This document shows, one piece after another, positions 39,676-50,364 of a stretch of DNA of 64,000 nucleotides. Positions within the stretch are counted from its first letter, which is position 1. Each line of letters begins with the position of its first letter. Below the pieces are notes generated by a model. It ran no database searches, was not told where the DNA came from, and saw only the letters and a program-made list of their open reading frames with translations. The translations under genes were made by a program, and so were the position numbers. The stretch covers positions 62,001-126,000 of the forward strand of contig JALDZS010000016.1 in assembly GCA_022813965.1 (NCBI GenBank), given 5' to 3'. Source of the DNA: Toensbergia leucococca. Lineage: Eukaryota.

Positions 39676-42336
39676 TTAGACAACTATCATGTCGTCGTCC
39701 TCGTCGTCGTTTCCGTCATTATCTTCGTCTTCGTCGGCGAGAGAGTGAGCGTCTCCAGCTTCCGTGTCGCCATCGTCAAATTCATCCTCTTCGGGGTCGA
39801 ATACGTCATCAAAACAATCTTCAGCATCCATGAGTCCATTCTCCTTCCCCTTATCGTCAGTGTCATCCTTCTCGTCAGCCTTTACATGAAACATGGAGCC
39901 ATCCAGTGTGGCCGTGTCCAGCGTAGCCGTGTCCTTATTTCCGGTTCCCAGGACAGAGAAATCCGATATAGCGTTGTTGTGAGCGCGGACATGGTTCCAG
40001 AGAGAATCGGAATCGGCATCATAAACGCGTCTTCGGTCCATAGAGTCCGAAATGCCATCGTTAACGGCAGTTGAAGTATGAAAAGTACTGCCCTCTGTAT
40101 TGCCATCAACCATATCAAAGTCGCTCAGGCTGCTTCTCGTACTCGTGCCGATGTGTACATTTGGTCCAGCTGTCGAGAACCCAACCTCGGCACTCGGAAC
40201 ATGACCATCAAATACACCGCCACTACCATCGTCATTTCCTCCCGCCCATAGCGGCAGGTACTTCAATTCGGAGTCTTCTAGACAGATTAACGTGTTGGTG
40301 AGTACGAGCTCGGTGCTTCCAGCTAGCATTTGTCCGCAAACCTTCCGAATGTAACCCTTTGCCTCGCCAAAGAACACTGACAAGTCGAAGAAGTCTGGCC
40401 TAGCTCGATGCTCCGGCTCGTCTTTCCACCATGAACGAGGAATAAAAAATGAAGATTTCTGGGGATCGACCGTACCAGGGGCCAAAGGTCCTGGCTGCTC
40501 GTTCTCACTGCTCGATATCGCCAAATTGTCAAAGGCATGCAGCGACGACAAGGTGTGTAGCGGCGACAGTGGATCGGACTGCAAAAGGAATTGTTTACAC
40601 AAACCCTTTAGACTCTGATAGCTGACTTCCTCCAAAGTTTTGCTATCACGGTATGATTGTACAGCTTCGCTCCATTCGTCCGAAGGCGTGTACCCTACGG
40701 AATTCGAATAAAAGTCCATATTCGTTCCACTAGTGGAAAATTCACAGGCTTGCAAGGCTTTCCAGAATGACTGGGTAAAGATTCTCTCCTTTGGGACCAG
40801 ACCATCCCAGGTGTCCCTAAATTTTGAAGTAGGGAAAAGATCATCATCCCCATTCCAGGAGTCTTCAGCAGGGCCAGGCATGGCTTTAAATGTTGAGCAG
40901 AGTATTCGGTTTACCCATCCACGTACGTATTTCTTTAGAGCTGTCTCAAGTTCAACCGCTGCGGCTTGCTGGGCTGAAGAGGTAAAATCGGTAGTTCGAA
41001 GCCGACACAATTCGGGTATCTCGGAGAACCAATCCATTTGGCCCACCAAGCTCGCAAACTCAGCGGAAACACGTTCCACGAAACCCTTGCTAGCGTACTC
41101 AATGCGAGTCCGGTAGAGCTCTGGTAAATCGTCCTTTTTGCGGCCGTGAGTGTTATAACCGAAACCGAGCGAGCCTGTGTGAGAGTCGCGGCCGTGGTAG
41201 ACATTGGCGAGGGCTTCCTCCCCCACAAGAATGGCAAAGACTTCACGGCTCAGCTTAAAGCATTGCAATCCGTCAACGATCCTCAGGCTAAGCTCTGGCA
41301 TTACCTCGAGGAACAAGGAATTTGGAGCTGCGCAAAGCCACCTCACGATATAGTCAGTGAGTAGACTATCGGTAATCTCGAAGTATTTGGCAACGGCAAA
41401 AGTCATCCAGACTTTTGGGGCAGAATTGAGCTTGGGATCTTGGCCACTGATGGCGGCGAGCACGCATTCAATCGCGGACCGGTGCTGGATAGGACTATAT
41501 TCGACCAAAGTAGCTTCCTCGAGGCCTCCAGTCAACGTATCTGACACCCTCCATCTCTGTCCTGCTTGGTACCATTTTCGGACTCTCTCTGAGCAGCAGA
41601 GCTCAGTAGTCAAGTATACAGCATCGTCACCTTCAGTGGGTGGGGTCAGATCAATCAGGTACTTGATCCCATCTGGGAGTTTGGTCCCAACCAGACCACG
41701 GCGGCGGCGGAGACGATATTGTGAGGTGGGTCCGAATGCCGTTACAAAGAATGGAGAATTCAATGCGTCGAAATGTTTCTTGCTCATTCGCAGAGGAATT
41801 TTGTACCGCTCGTTGTATTCTCGATAAGCCAACTCATCTTGCTCAGGTTGGCGGGGTGGCGGGTCAATAAATACAAGAGTGTCACCATCTTCATCATAAG
41901 CTACAGCTACTTGACGAGAAAGTCGTCTGCCCATTTCTTCAATTGTAGCTTCGATGGAGCGCTCGACGGGTAATGACTCCTTTGAACCGCACGATTGGTT
42001 TACTGCCGAGTTCGTTGGCTCATCATGGTCGACGTGTGTTGCATCCTTGTTCGACGTACGATGATTTGGTGTGTCTTGTTCTCCGGGGCACATATCTGGG
42101 TCTCGTTCTTCGTTGGCAATATCCATGGCAACTTGCTTGTCGAATTCTTCCCTCTCGAATTTCTCAAACATGGCTTCCTGTCTCTCAAAGCTTGCCCAAT
42201 CCGACTGTGACTCTGGGACCCAAGGGCTGGTTTCAGTCGAAGACTGTCGGATGGTAGTAAGAGATGCCAAGATAGTTGTCTGAACGTCTTGGTCTTCAAC
42301 CTCAAAGTTGGTATCCCCTGGACGAATAGAGTCCAT
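39676..42336 (-). CDS. Uncharacterised 886-aa protein with acidic N- and C-terminal regions
   Basis: Uninterrupted 886-codon ORF with an ATG in good context. Globular-looking core (KYLIDLTPPTEGDDAVYLTTELCCS; LKYLPLWAGGNDDGSGGVF). No domain recognised. Confidence 0.8.
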   Translation of the reverse strand: MDSIRPGDTNFEVEDQDVQTTILASLTTIRQSSTETSPWVPESQSDWASFERQEAMFEKFEREEFDKQVAMDIANEERDPDMCPGEQDTPNHRTSNKDATHVDHDEPTNSAVNQSCGSKESLPVERSIEATIEEMGRRLSRQVAVAYDEDGDTLVFIDPPPRQPEQDELAYREYNERYKIPLRMSKKHFDALNSPFFVTAFGPTSQYRLRRRRGLVGTKLPDGIKYLIDLTPPTEGDDAVYLTTELCCSERVRKWYQAGQRWRVSDTLTGGLEEATLVEYSPIQHRSAIECVLAAISGQDPKLNSAPKVWMTFAVAKYFEITDSLLTDYIVRWLCAAPNSLFLEVMPELSLRIVDGLQCFKLSREVFAILVGEEALANVYHGRDSHTGSLGFGYNTHGRKKDDLPELYRTRIEYASKGFVERVSAEFASLVGQMDWFSEIPELCRLRTTDFTSSAQQAAAVELETALKKYVRGWVNRILCSTFKAMPGPAEDSWNGDDDLFPTSKFRDTWDGLVPKERIFTQSFWKALQACEFSTSGTNMDFYSNSVGYTPSDEWSEAVQSYRDSKTLEEVSYQSLKGLCKQFLLQSDPLSPLHTLSSLHAFDNLAISSSENEQPGPLAPGTVDPQKSSFFIPRSWWKDEPEHRARPDFFDLSVFFGEAKGYIRKVCGQMLAGSTELVLTNTLICLEDSELKYLPLWAGGNDDGSGGVFDGHVPSAEVGFSTAGPNVHIGTSTRSSLSDFDMVDGNTEGSTFHTSTAVNDGISDSMDRRRVYDADSDSLWNHVRAHNNAISDFSVLGTGNKDTATLDTATLDGSMFHVKADEKDDTDDKGKENGLMDAEDCFDDVFDPEEDEFDDGDTEAGDAHSLADEDEDNDGNDDEDDDMIVV

Positions 42337-44009
42337 GGCTTAGGTCTGATGAAAACCTATTTTATGTCAGTTCGCGTTGCATGAGGAGGACAAAACTGTC
42401 TTTTTCTCACGCTGAAATGAGATGGGAAAGAGAAAAAGAGAAATCAATAGCTTAACGGCCATCAATTTATCATAGCTTTGAGTCAAGAGAGGGGTGCGAG
42501 ATTGGAAAGCAGAGGCATGACTCACCAAAAAAAAGATATGAGAAGAGGCCCCCAAGGTAGCTACCTTGAATACACAGTAGTCCTGAAGATGGATGAAAAC
42601 GTAACTGAACGGTTGTTGAGAAGTTGTTGATTGCGCGGTTAGAAATTGGCATGAAGTGCCTTGACCAAAGATGAGAAGACTAAGAGACAGTATTGAGAAA
42701 CAAAGAAGAGACGCTCACCTATGGATGTCACAGCTACTGGAAGGCTTTCAGAGCAGGCAGTGAGTTTGCTTGAGACATTTGCATTGATTAGGTATGTGGA
42801 AGCAATGGAAGAGAAATGTAGAAAGAAATATGTGCGGCGAGAAAAAAGTGGTGGCTAAAGCGAAGTTGTGTGAGGTTGTGTTTTGAAATTGAGGCTGAAG
42901 GAACACCAATGTCTGCCTGGTGATCGAAGGATGCAGTGATTAGTGCACGCGTGGTGTCAGAGCTGTCTGAGGAGTCAACGCGCTGATGCTGATTCTCATA
43001 TTATGACTACTTGTTTTCCTCTTACAGTGCAAGGACTACAGTGTTCTTTCAAAGGCCCTCATGCATCCTGAAGACTCATCTTTAGCAAGGAAAAGCTGGC
43101 ATTGGAAATGAATCACGCATCGCGGATAGCTCCGACGCGACGAACTTCGGCAAGCCCTAAGGTATTCTATTACCCGCTACGTTAGGCCTGTATCACATTA
43201 ATTAAGGTATCAGCTGCCTCGGCTGCCTTGTAAAACAGCTTGACAAACATGGAGCACTGAAGGTATTGTTCAGCAGGTGATGTATGACCAATTGCAAAGC
43301 ATATGTATGTCTGAGATAATCAGTGGATATGAAGTCTAGTCAGGGCATCTTTGTATGAGTCTCGAAACAATCATTTCATGTCCTCGCAAAATTCTAAGCA
43401 TCCTATGTCAAACAACCAGTACCCTTTCCCTTGCGATTCCAGTGCAACAAGGCAGCCTAACAAGCAATTACCTAACTCTTCATACCTCCTTTGCTTCAAT
43501 ATGAATATCAAACTCTCTCATCTCTCCTCTCGTGGACAAGGACAGGTGATTCTACTCAAATGTTTGTTAGACATGAGAGAAGCCTGACTAACTTCTGCAG
43601 GTGACAAAGGCTGAAAGTGATGAGAATACGATGGAAAGAGTAGAAAGCGTAGAAAGACAAGATAAGTGAAGAGGCCGGCGTAATCAGATGAATAGGGGCC
43701 GTGATATGGAACCTGTGGAGAACGAGACAGATTGCCAAAGGGCAAAGCTTTCGATGCTTGTGTTTATGGTGATTTACTGCTGCACCTGATGTAGCTCACA
43801 AAATACTTCCTCTCCTTGTGTCTATCGTCGCCTCTCTCTTCATATTGACCACATATTTATTAGGACAGCTGACCTTTGGAGACCAGTGAACAGCACTACG
43901 CTCAGTACTAGCATTCGACCCTGTGCTCCGAGGAAAGACAAGATAGGAATACTGTTCGCTGTGCTTGTAATCTTACCCGCAGCAGAACGCGCAGTAGGGT
44001 GATATTTGA

Positions 44010-44464
44010 ATCCCCTATTACCACCAGTCTTGATGCACCCAGAGAAACAGGGTTCCTGAGATAGTGACGGCCGGACCGCCAGGTATGAGTGTTGACACTA
44101 CCAAGATGGTGGCGCTGGGATTCGCACTGATGTTATAATCGTCGACGACGAAGATTTGATACAGCAGAGACGGACTCTGTGAGAGCAGCGCTGCGTTACT
44201 GCCAATGGCAGTGAAAGACGAGCTGACTGGGAGTAAAGTCATACCAAGAGGCACTGTAAAAGCCCCCGTGTCATGAGTTTCACCACTGATAATCAGGTGT
44301 CCGGTTCGAGCGAGCGAGAACGCTTCACTAGACATGGCTTTAGCGAGGCGGCCTGTCGATAGTGTCATTCCCTTGATCGCAACAGCAGAGGAATCAACGA
44401 GAGCGAATACTTGGCTACCTGTTGTCAGTGATTCGACGGAGCTTGAGCCTGCCCAGGTAAACAA
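44010..44464 (-). pseudogene. Degenerate relic of a Ser/Thr/Gly-rich surface-protein repeat
   Basis: TLIPGGPAVTISGT continues as PVSLGASRLVVIG only if one base is restored at ~44050. No ATG or signal peptide; stops lie upstream. Confidence 0.45.
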
Positions 44465-45331
44465 ATTGGTACCTATTCCTACGTCTGATAAATCGAGAGA
44501 CTGGGTTTCGGCAACTGTTACGGCTGTTCACAATTTATCTGCATTGAGTAGGGCATAGATGATATCTGATCCGCTTCCAAGTAGAGAATGTGCACGTTTT
44601 TGAGCAAGATTAGTGTTGGAGCCTGAAGAAAGATTTAGCTATGATTTGGATCGCATTACGTGTAATCAAGTTGGGTAAGGGAGCACGGTGAGTATGCCAA
44701 CTCGCCAAGAACAGGAATTAGAGCAGCGACATTCTGAAGAAAGCTCAGAATCAGGAAAGGAAATGAATAACGTGCCTTAATGTTGATGTCTTCAATGAAG
44801 CTAACCAATGCTTTAAAGAGAACCTGAGAAGGGTATACTCGATTACCAAAAAGACAAGGGCTAGATCTGGGGGTTCTCCTGAACATATTGCAGAGCCTTT
44901 CCTTCGGAGGATCCCATCTGAGACCTCCTACCCTGACTTAGCAGGAGACCTGCAAGCGCCAGGATTTTCGAGAGCAAACAGAATTGTGAATCAAAGCAAG
45001 AAAAGCCGAAATAAGAGACGGCACAGAACAGTGGAAAGCTGCCTATGCAAAGTCGAGAGTAGGGCTCACATATACACCTCAATAGCAAATGCATCTTCAA
45101 AAATATTAGTGAAAATACACAGGTTTGCAAAGATAGAAGAGGCCTTCAGTAAGGTAGAGATATACGAAGATGATGTGTAGTGCAATTGAACAACCAGACA
45201 CAAAACGATCCAGTCAAAATGAACATATATTAGTGAACTATAAGTACTCCTTGGCGAAACGATTTTCCGTGTCTCATGTCGGCCATTGAGCAGAGTCTCA
45301 CGCAACTTTAGACAATAATGGTAATCCCGAT

Positions 45332-45361
45332 GAGGCAAGGAGGCAAGGAGGCAAGGAGGCA
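45332..45361. repeat. (GAGGCAAG)n tandem repeat, about 3.7 copies
   Basis: GAGGCAAGGAGGCAAGGAGGCAAGGAGGCA. Confidence 0.8.
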
Positions 45362-45450
45362 GAGCGAAGTTAGGCAGTGGTTGAGTCGGATTTCCCTCCT
45401 AGCTCTCCCAAAATAAGTACCGTGACAATCTCAGTATTTACTGCAAGCAC

Positions 45451-45580
45451 AACTTCATCCGGTCAGCACTTGAAGAACATATCCGGTCACCAAACAGGGA
45501 CTTTATTCGGCCACTAAACAAGGACTTTGTCGGATCACCAAACAGGGAGCCCATCCGGTCATCAACCAAGGAATTCATCC
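45451..45580. repeat. Degenerate 24-bp minisatellite, about 5.5 copies
   Basis: Units ...ATCCGGTCAGCACTTGAAGA, ...ATCCGGTCACCAAACAGGGA, ...ATTCGGCCACTAAACAAGGA, ...GTCGGATCACCAAACAGGGA and ...ATCCGGTCATCAACCAAGGA recur at 24-nt spacing. Confidence 0.8.
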
Positions 45581-46464
45581 ACGTGGGGGTACTTTGGCGC
45601 TGTCTATAGCTCTTGTATATGTTTCTTCTTGTAAACTTTTACGCTGGATATTGATAGCTCTCGAGGACTGTACAATCACACTGATATTCATGGACTAAAA
45701 GGTCCATATACCTCGACCCAAAGTTTTGGTCTGTGGGCTGTACGACTCGGAGATTTGCAGGTGGAGCCCTGGAACCTGATGGCGAGCTAAGTCCATGGCT
45801 TTCTCGTACTTGGTAGATACTAGCACAAGTGATAAGGTCCCGTCAACCGTCTTGATGTGGATCAAGGCTTTGAAAAACGATGAAGGGACTTCCTTCAAGA
45901 ACAGCCGTAAAGCAGTAGACAAATGTCATTGATTTTTAGTGATGACCAACCTCAGTGATAAGAGGAAACTAAGGTAGATCCTGAGGCCACGTGGCGATGC
46001 CTGCTTAGGTAGGTGCGGGGACATTGTAGCGCGGATTGATATTCTACCCTAGAACAAGGTATTTTCCGGAGAAAGCAAATGGCGAGGATGTGATTGGCTA
46101 GTGAGACCACGGCTACCGATTTGCCAGAAAATGCACCCACGAACTAGCGATTTAAATGTGGTCCCTTCGTTGGCTTCTACCGGTCGGTTCTTGTGTAAAA
46201 GAATTGAACAATGGATAAGACATCATACTAGGCGGGAAATGAAATGACGTAGCTAAACCAAGTAGTTTGGTAGGCAGTAGAATAACGCCTCCAACAATTG
46301 TGGAACTCGAGAAGAAGCAAGGCTATCTCAACCACTCCAATAAATCCCGCACCGAGTCAGAGAGACGGCCCTCCCTTGGTGTAAAGAATGTCCTCTGTGA
46401 TTTTTTACATAAATATTAGATATTTGGATTGAAGTAGCCGACTGGTGTCACAGTCGCTATTGCA

Positions 46465-48208
46465 ATGTCTGCTCTAAATGTTGTCATTGTCGGTGCCGGA
46501 CTAGGTGGGCTTGCAGCAGCAATAAGTTGCGCTATAGCGAAGCACAACGTTTTGGTGTTAGAGAGTGCAAAGGAGCTTTCAGAGGTTGGACGACTTTCCT
46601 AACAGATTCGGTAGTGCTTGGGCTTGACGCCTACTGACGACCAATTCTCAATTTACTAGATTGGAGCTGGAATAGCAATTACTCCCAATTCCTCACGACT
46701 CTTGGAACAATGGCAATTAGGCAATTTCCTCGACGAAGCTGGCGCTGAGCCCACTTTCCTCGCTGTCCACCGGTATTCGGATGGGAAGGTCCTGGGCAAG
46801 CAAGAGAATTTCAATGCTAGGATGAGAAATAAATATGGAGCGACATTAGTGGACCTACACCGCGGCGATCTACAGCGTGCTCTTTTCAATCGAGCAACTG
46901 AACTCGGTGTCAAGTGCCACTTTGGGGCTCGAGTTGTTTCTATAGAATTTGAGAAACCCGAAGTCACTCTCGAGTCAGGCGCTAAGCATGGAGGCGATTT
47001 AATCGTCGGAGCTGACGGCCTGTGGTCTCGTTGTCGAGAGTGTTTTCTCAACAAGATTGATAAACCCATGGCAACTGGAGACCTCGCCTATAGAATTGTT
47101 CTCACTTTGGACCAGATCAAGGACCAAGATCTTCGAAATTGGGTTCAAAAGCCATCGGTTCATGTTTGGATGGGTCCCAATTCCCATGCAGTTGGATACT
47201 CCATAAGAGCAGGACAAATGTATAACATTGTGCTTATCCAGCCGGATGACCTGGCAGAGGACATTGCCAGAGAACGGGGTTCGGTCGAGGAGATGAGGAA
47301 GCTGGTTGCCAACTGGGACCCAATGTCTGTCGTGGCCATAAAGTAATCCCCGGCATATTGGACGCTGATACTCAGATTAGACTAACCCGATTTCTGAATC
47401 ATGTAGATTCAGTAGACAAGTGGAAGCTGATGCACCGTAAGACTTCCCTCGTTAACTTTTGATTGACATGACCGGTCGGAGGACTGAACGCAATAGGACC
47501 GGAACTGAAATCTTGGATTAATGAGAAATCCAATTTTGTGATGATGTTTGTGACTCATGTGTTATGTGGTGTCTCTGAGGTTTATCTCATATTCTTGCAG
47601 AGGAGACGCTTGCCATCCGATGTTACCTTATCTTGCCCAAGGTGAGTCCTTATTTCTGCCAAATGTAACCAACAAGTCTCTGAGGACTGACGTATCAGGC
47701 TCAAATTCGGCCATCGAAGACGGGGCCGTCCTCGGAGGTCTCCTTGGGAACTTGAGGTCCAAATCCCAACTCCCACAAGCGCTTAAAATCTTCCAGCATC
47801 TGCGCAAGGAACGAGGGGAAGCTATAGCTACGGAGTCATTTCAACAGGTGAGGTGTTCAAGCCAATTTTCCATTCGAGAGGACTGACTCGGTGAAATTGT
47901 GCAGAGACTTGTCTTGCACCTGCAAGATGGTCCGGAACAACAAGCTAGAGATAAAGCTCTTACGTCCCAGTTGGGCAAGGAAATTGAGGGCAAATATCCA
48001 TATAGAATGCAAGAGTTCCACCCCGGCCAGCACTGATGGTTTCTTACTTCTTTACTAATGGTTTGGCAGGCTTTGCCCGGAAGTCCAGCCATGGCTATTC
48101 GGATACGACGCCGTAAAAGAGGTCGAGACAGCCTTGCGAGCAGACCCATCACATCGCCAGGAGCATTATCGTTACCACTCCCCAGATAAGAACAGGTCTC
48201 GGAAATAG
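46465..48208 (+). CDS. FAD-dependent monooxygenase (salicylate hydroxylase-like); about 8 exons
   Basis: IVGAGLGGL, IGAGI, IVGADGLWS, GDACHPMLPYLAQG.NSAIEDG, DGPEQQARD and WLFGYDA. All introns can be placed in compatible phase. Confidence 0.9.
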
Positions 48209-48582
48209 GGCTATTGCCTTAGGTGGTCGTTGTATGCACATTTGAGCATTTCGAGTTGCGTTTGGCACCTCAGCCGCTAGGTATGTGACCTGATGTCGAA
48301 TAGCCTACTGAGTCCATTCCAGCGGAAGATGCAGCTTCAAAGCAGAGAATAGAGCAACGATTCCTTATGATGATGTCTATCTCAGCGTAGAGGTTTGTGT
48401 TGTGACCAAAGTTGGGACAGCGTGATTCTGACTCTTTTAATCTTCATGCATTAGCTTGAGTAGATGTGGCTGTGATATTTAACGCCGCCTCCTCAATGAT
48501 CCAACGAAGACTGCAACGGTTGAATTAGGCGTTGGAGAAGAGTGGTTTTCAGGAGATAAGATAGGTAAGAATAGGTAGAAAT

Positions 48583-49362
48583 TCAATTTCCTGGTCCTGG
48601 AAGCCGTTTCATGTATCGAAACGTGTAGTGGCCCCACCCTATAATCCCGCCCATTTCTTCCCGGGGAAGTGATGCAAACTCATCTAGATCAACCACCAGA
48701 TTTCCGACTTCGTTGAAGCCCTGTTTTGCAAACATTTTGTGACCTGCCTCCGAAGCATGTACCCAGCAAAACACACCATCGATGTCCGCTTTTTGAGTTC
48801 CCCATTTTATCAGCGTAGACCCCACCCCAAGGGATTGATAGGTTGGCGATACGGCAATAGCGACAAGTATCATGCACTTTGTACCTTCTGGCATCAAGAT
48901 CTTTTCCCAGCGCTTCATGTCCAGGTTCGTTATTGATTCGAGGCGTTGGATGTTATCTACCTCCGGCAACAGATTTCCTTGGTTGGCATGTGCATCATGA
49001 GACTCTGATGCTTCTTCGGCCTTGCTCTTCTGATTTTCATGCATGCCTGCTTCGGCACCTACATCCTTCTCTTCCGGCACAGATGTTGCTTGCTTCTTCT
49101 CATATCCATGGAAGCCCCAGCATGCCCAACCAACAATTTTGCCTCCAAAATTGTCTGTGGCCTTCAAAAGCGTACAACGCGCAGGGACTTGCAGCCAGTA
49201 GGAAAGACCCTTGCTCATCATGTTTGCTTGATAATTCGGGTCTTTGCCGAGAGACTTTAGCTGCGTGTGACGATCAGTCGCGAAGGCAGCGGAAAAGATG
49301 TCGGCGAGAATTGGAATATCAGAGGGAGCAGCCGGACTTAAGGAGAATGAATTAGTAGCCAT
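48583..49362 (-). CDS. GNAT family N-acetyltransferase
   Basis: IVGWACW, LVAIAVSPTYQSLGVGSTLIKWG, VHASEAGHKMFAKQGF. Single exon from the ATG at 49362. Confidence 0.85.
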   Translation of the reverse strand: MATNSFSLSPAAPSDIPILADIFSAAFATDRHTQLKSLGKDPNYQANMMSKGLSYWLQVPARCTLLKATDNFGGKIVGWACWGFHGYEKKQATSVPEEKDVGAEAGMHENQKSKAEEASESHDAHANQGNLLPEVDNIQRLESITNLDMKRWEKILMPEGTKCMILVAIAVSPTYQSLGVGSTLIKWGTQKADIDGVFCWVHASEAGHKMFAKQGFNEVGNLVVDLDEFASLPREEMGGIIGWGHYTFRYMKRLPGPGN

Positions 49363-49653
49363 TGTTGACTTGTGCTGAGAGATGTCAGCCACGATTGATG
49401 GCGTTCAGTTACGAGAAGAACATAAAAGGCAAAAGTAAGGAAATCACAGCTCTTTGAGGGTCGGATTGATCAAAGAGTTCATCCTTATGGAACGTTTGCT
49501 CTGAGGTGAATTTGAACATGTCATGGATTGACCACCACGACCACCAATCCTTAGGCCTTAGGGCAAGAATCACGTGTGCGCTAGCCCAATCAGGATGGCC
49601 AGGCGACCAACTTGCCCCTTATGATAGACTTTCCTCCTCCATAGTTGAATTCC

Positions 49654-49912
49654 AGTATATTCTGCATCACATATGAATCAGATTCTGACATTCAGTGAGC
49701 AGTCAATTAAGTGCTTTAAGTATTTTACAGAATTACTTTACTGATTTCTCTCATAGACTTGTTCATTTTATATCTCTCAGAATAAGAATTCTTTAAAGAC
49801 ACATCTTAATTCTCTGATTTACATACATGTATCACAACTGTGATATCAATCTTCTGAGAGTTGCTTTATTATGATTGATACATACTATGACTGTTAAATT
49901 CAAGACTGTAGA
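49654..49912. mobile_element. AT-rich hypermutated (RIP/methylation-type) repeat relic
   Basis: No CG, CC or GG dinucleotide in ~259 nt, with sharp boundaries. The right end reads TA-CAGT on the minus strand. TE identity is not established. Confidence 0.45.
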
Positions 49913-50364
49913 CCCCTAGGGTGTCAATAGATCTTTGCCCAACCCAATCACACAAGTCTACTTCATCTCGTCAAACGCCGCCATAGCGTCTGCATGCACA
50001 AGATAACAATGTAGCCCTGCCCTCCGTCTAGCCTTTTTGGCCGCCACCCCCATCCAAAACTTGCTCAAATTGATGGAGTAGAGACACTCTGAGTCAGTAT
50101 TCCTGTAAGTCAACACCAACGCACTTATGGGTTGTGGACGTCGATCCTAAGTTCTTGAGACATATTTATTTCACAGCTTCCAGGTATTAAAGCAAACGAG
50201 ATACCTGGCTCTGGAAGTCTGTCTCCACACCTTGACCAAGACGGCGAGTTTCTTTCCGTGTTCCTCGATCCGGTCTTGGACATCGGTCCCTAATGCTTAT
50301 TGAGCTACCTTTGCTTGTTATTTTGAGGAAGGTCTTTAAGTGATTCAGGCATTCAGGCGGGGCT

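Noticed and set aside
45451..45580. CRISPR-like array
   Set aside because: Contiguous degenerate units without unique spacers, in a eukaryotic genome.
48367..48431. C/D snoRNA-like ATGATGA...CTGA
   Set aside because: No terminal stem or convincing guide; sits in convergent 3' UTRs.
49958..50300. Exon-like fragment EY*LRVSLLHQFEQVLDG on the minus strand downstream of the NmrA relic
   Set aside because: Too short and degenerate to assign without a search.
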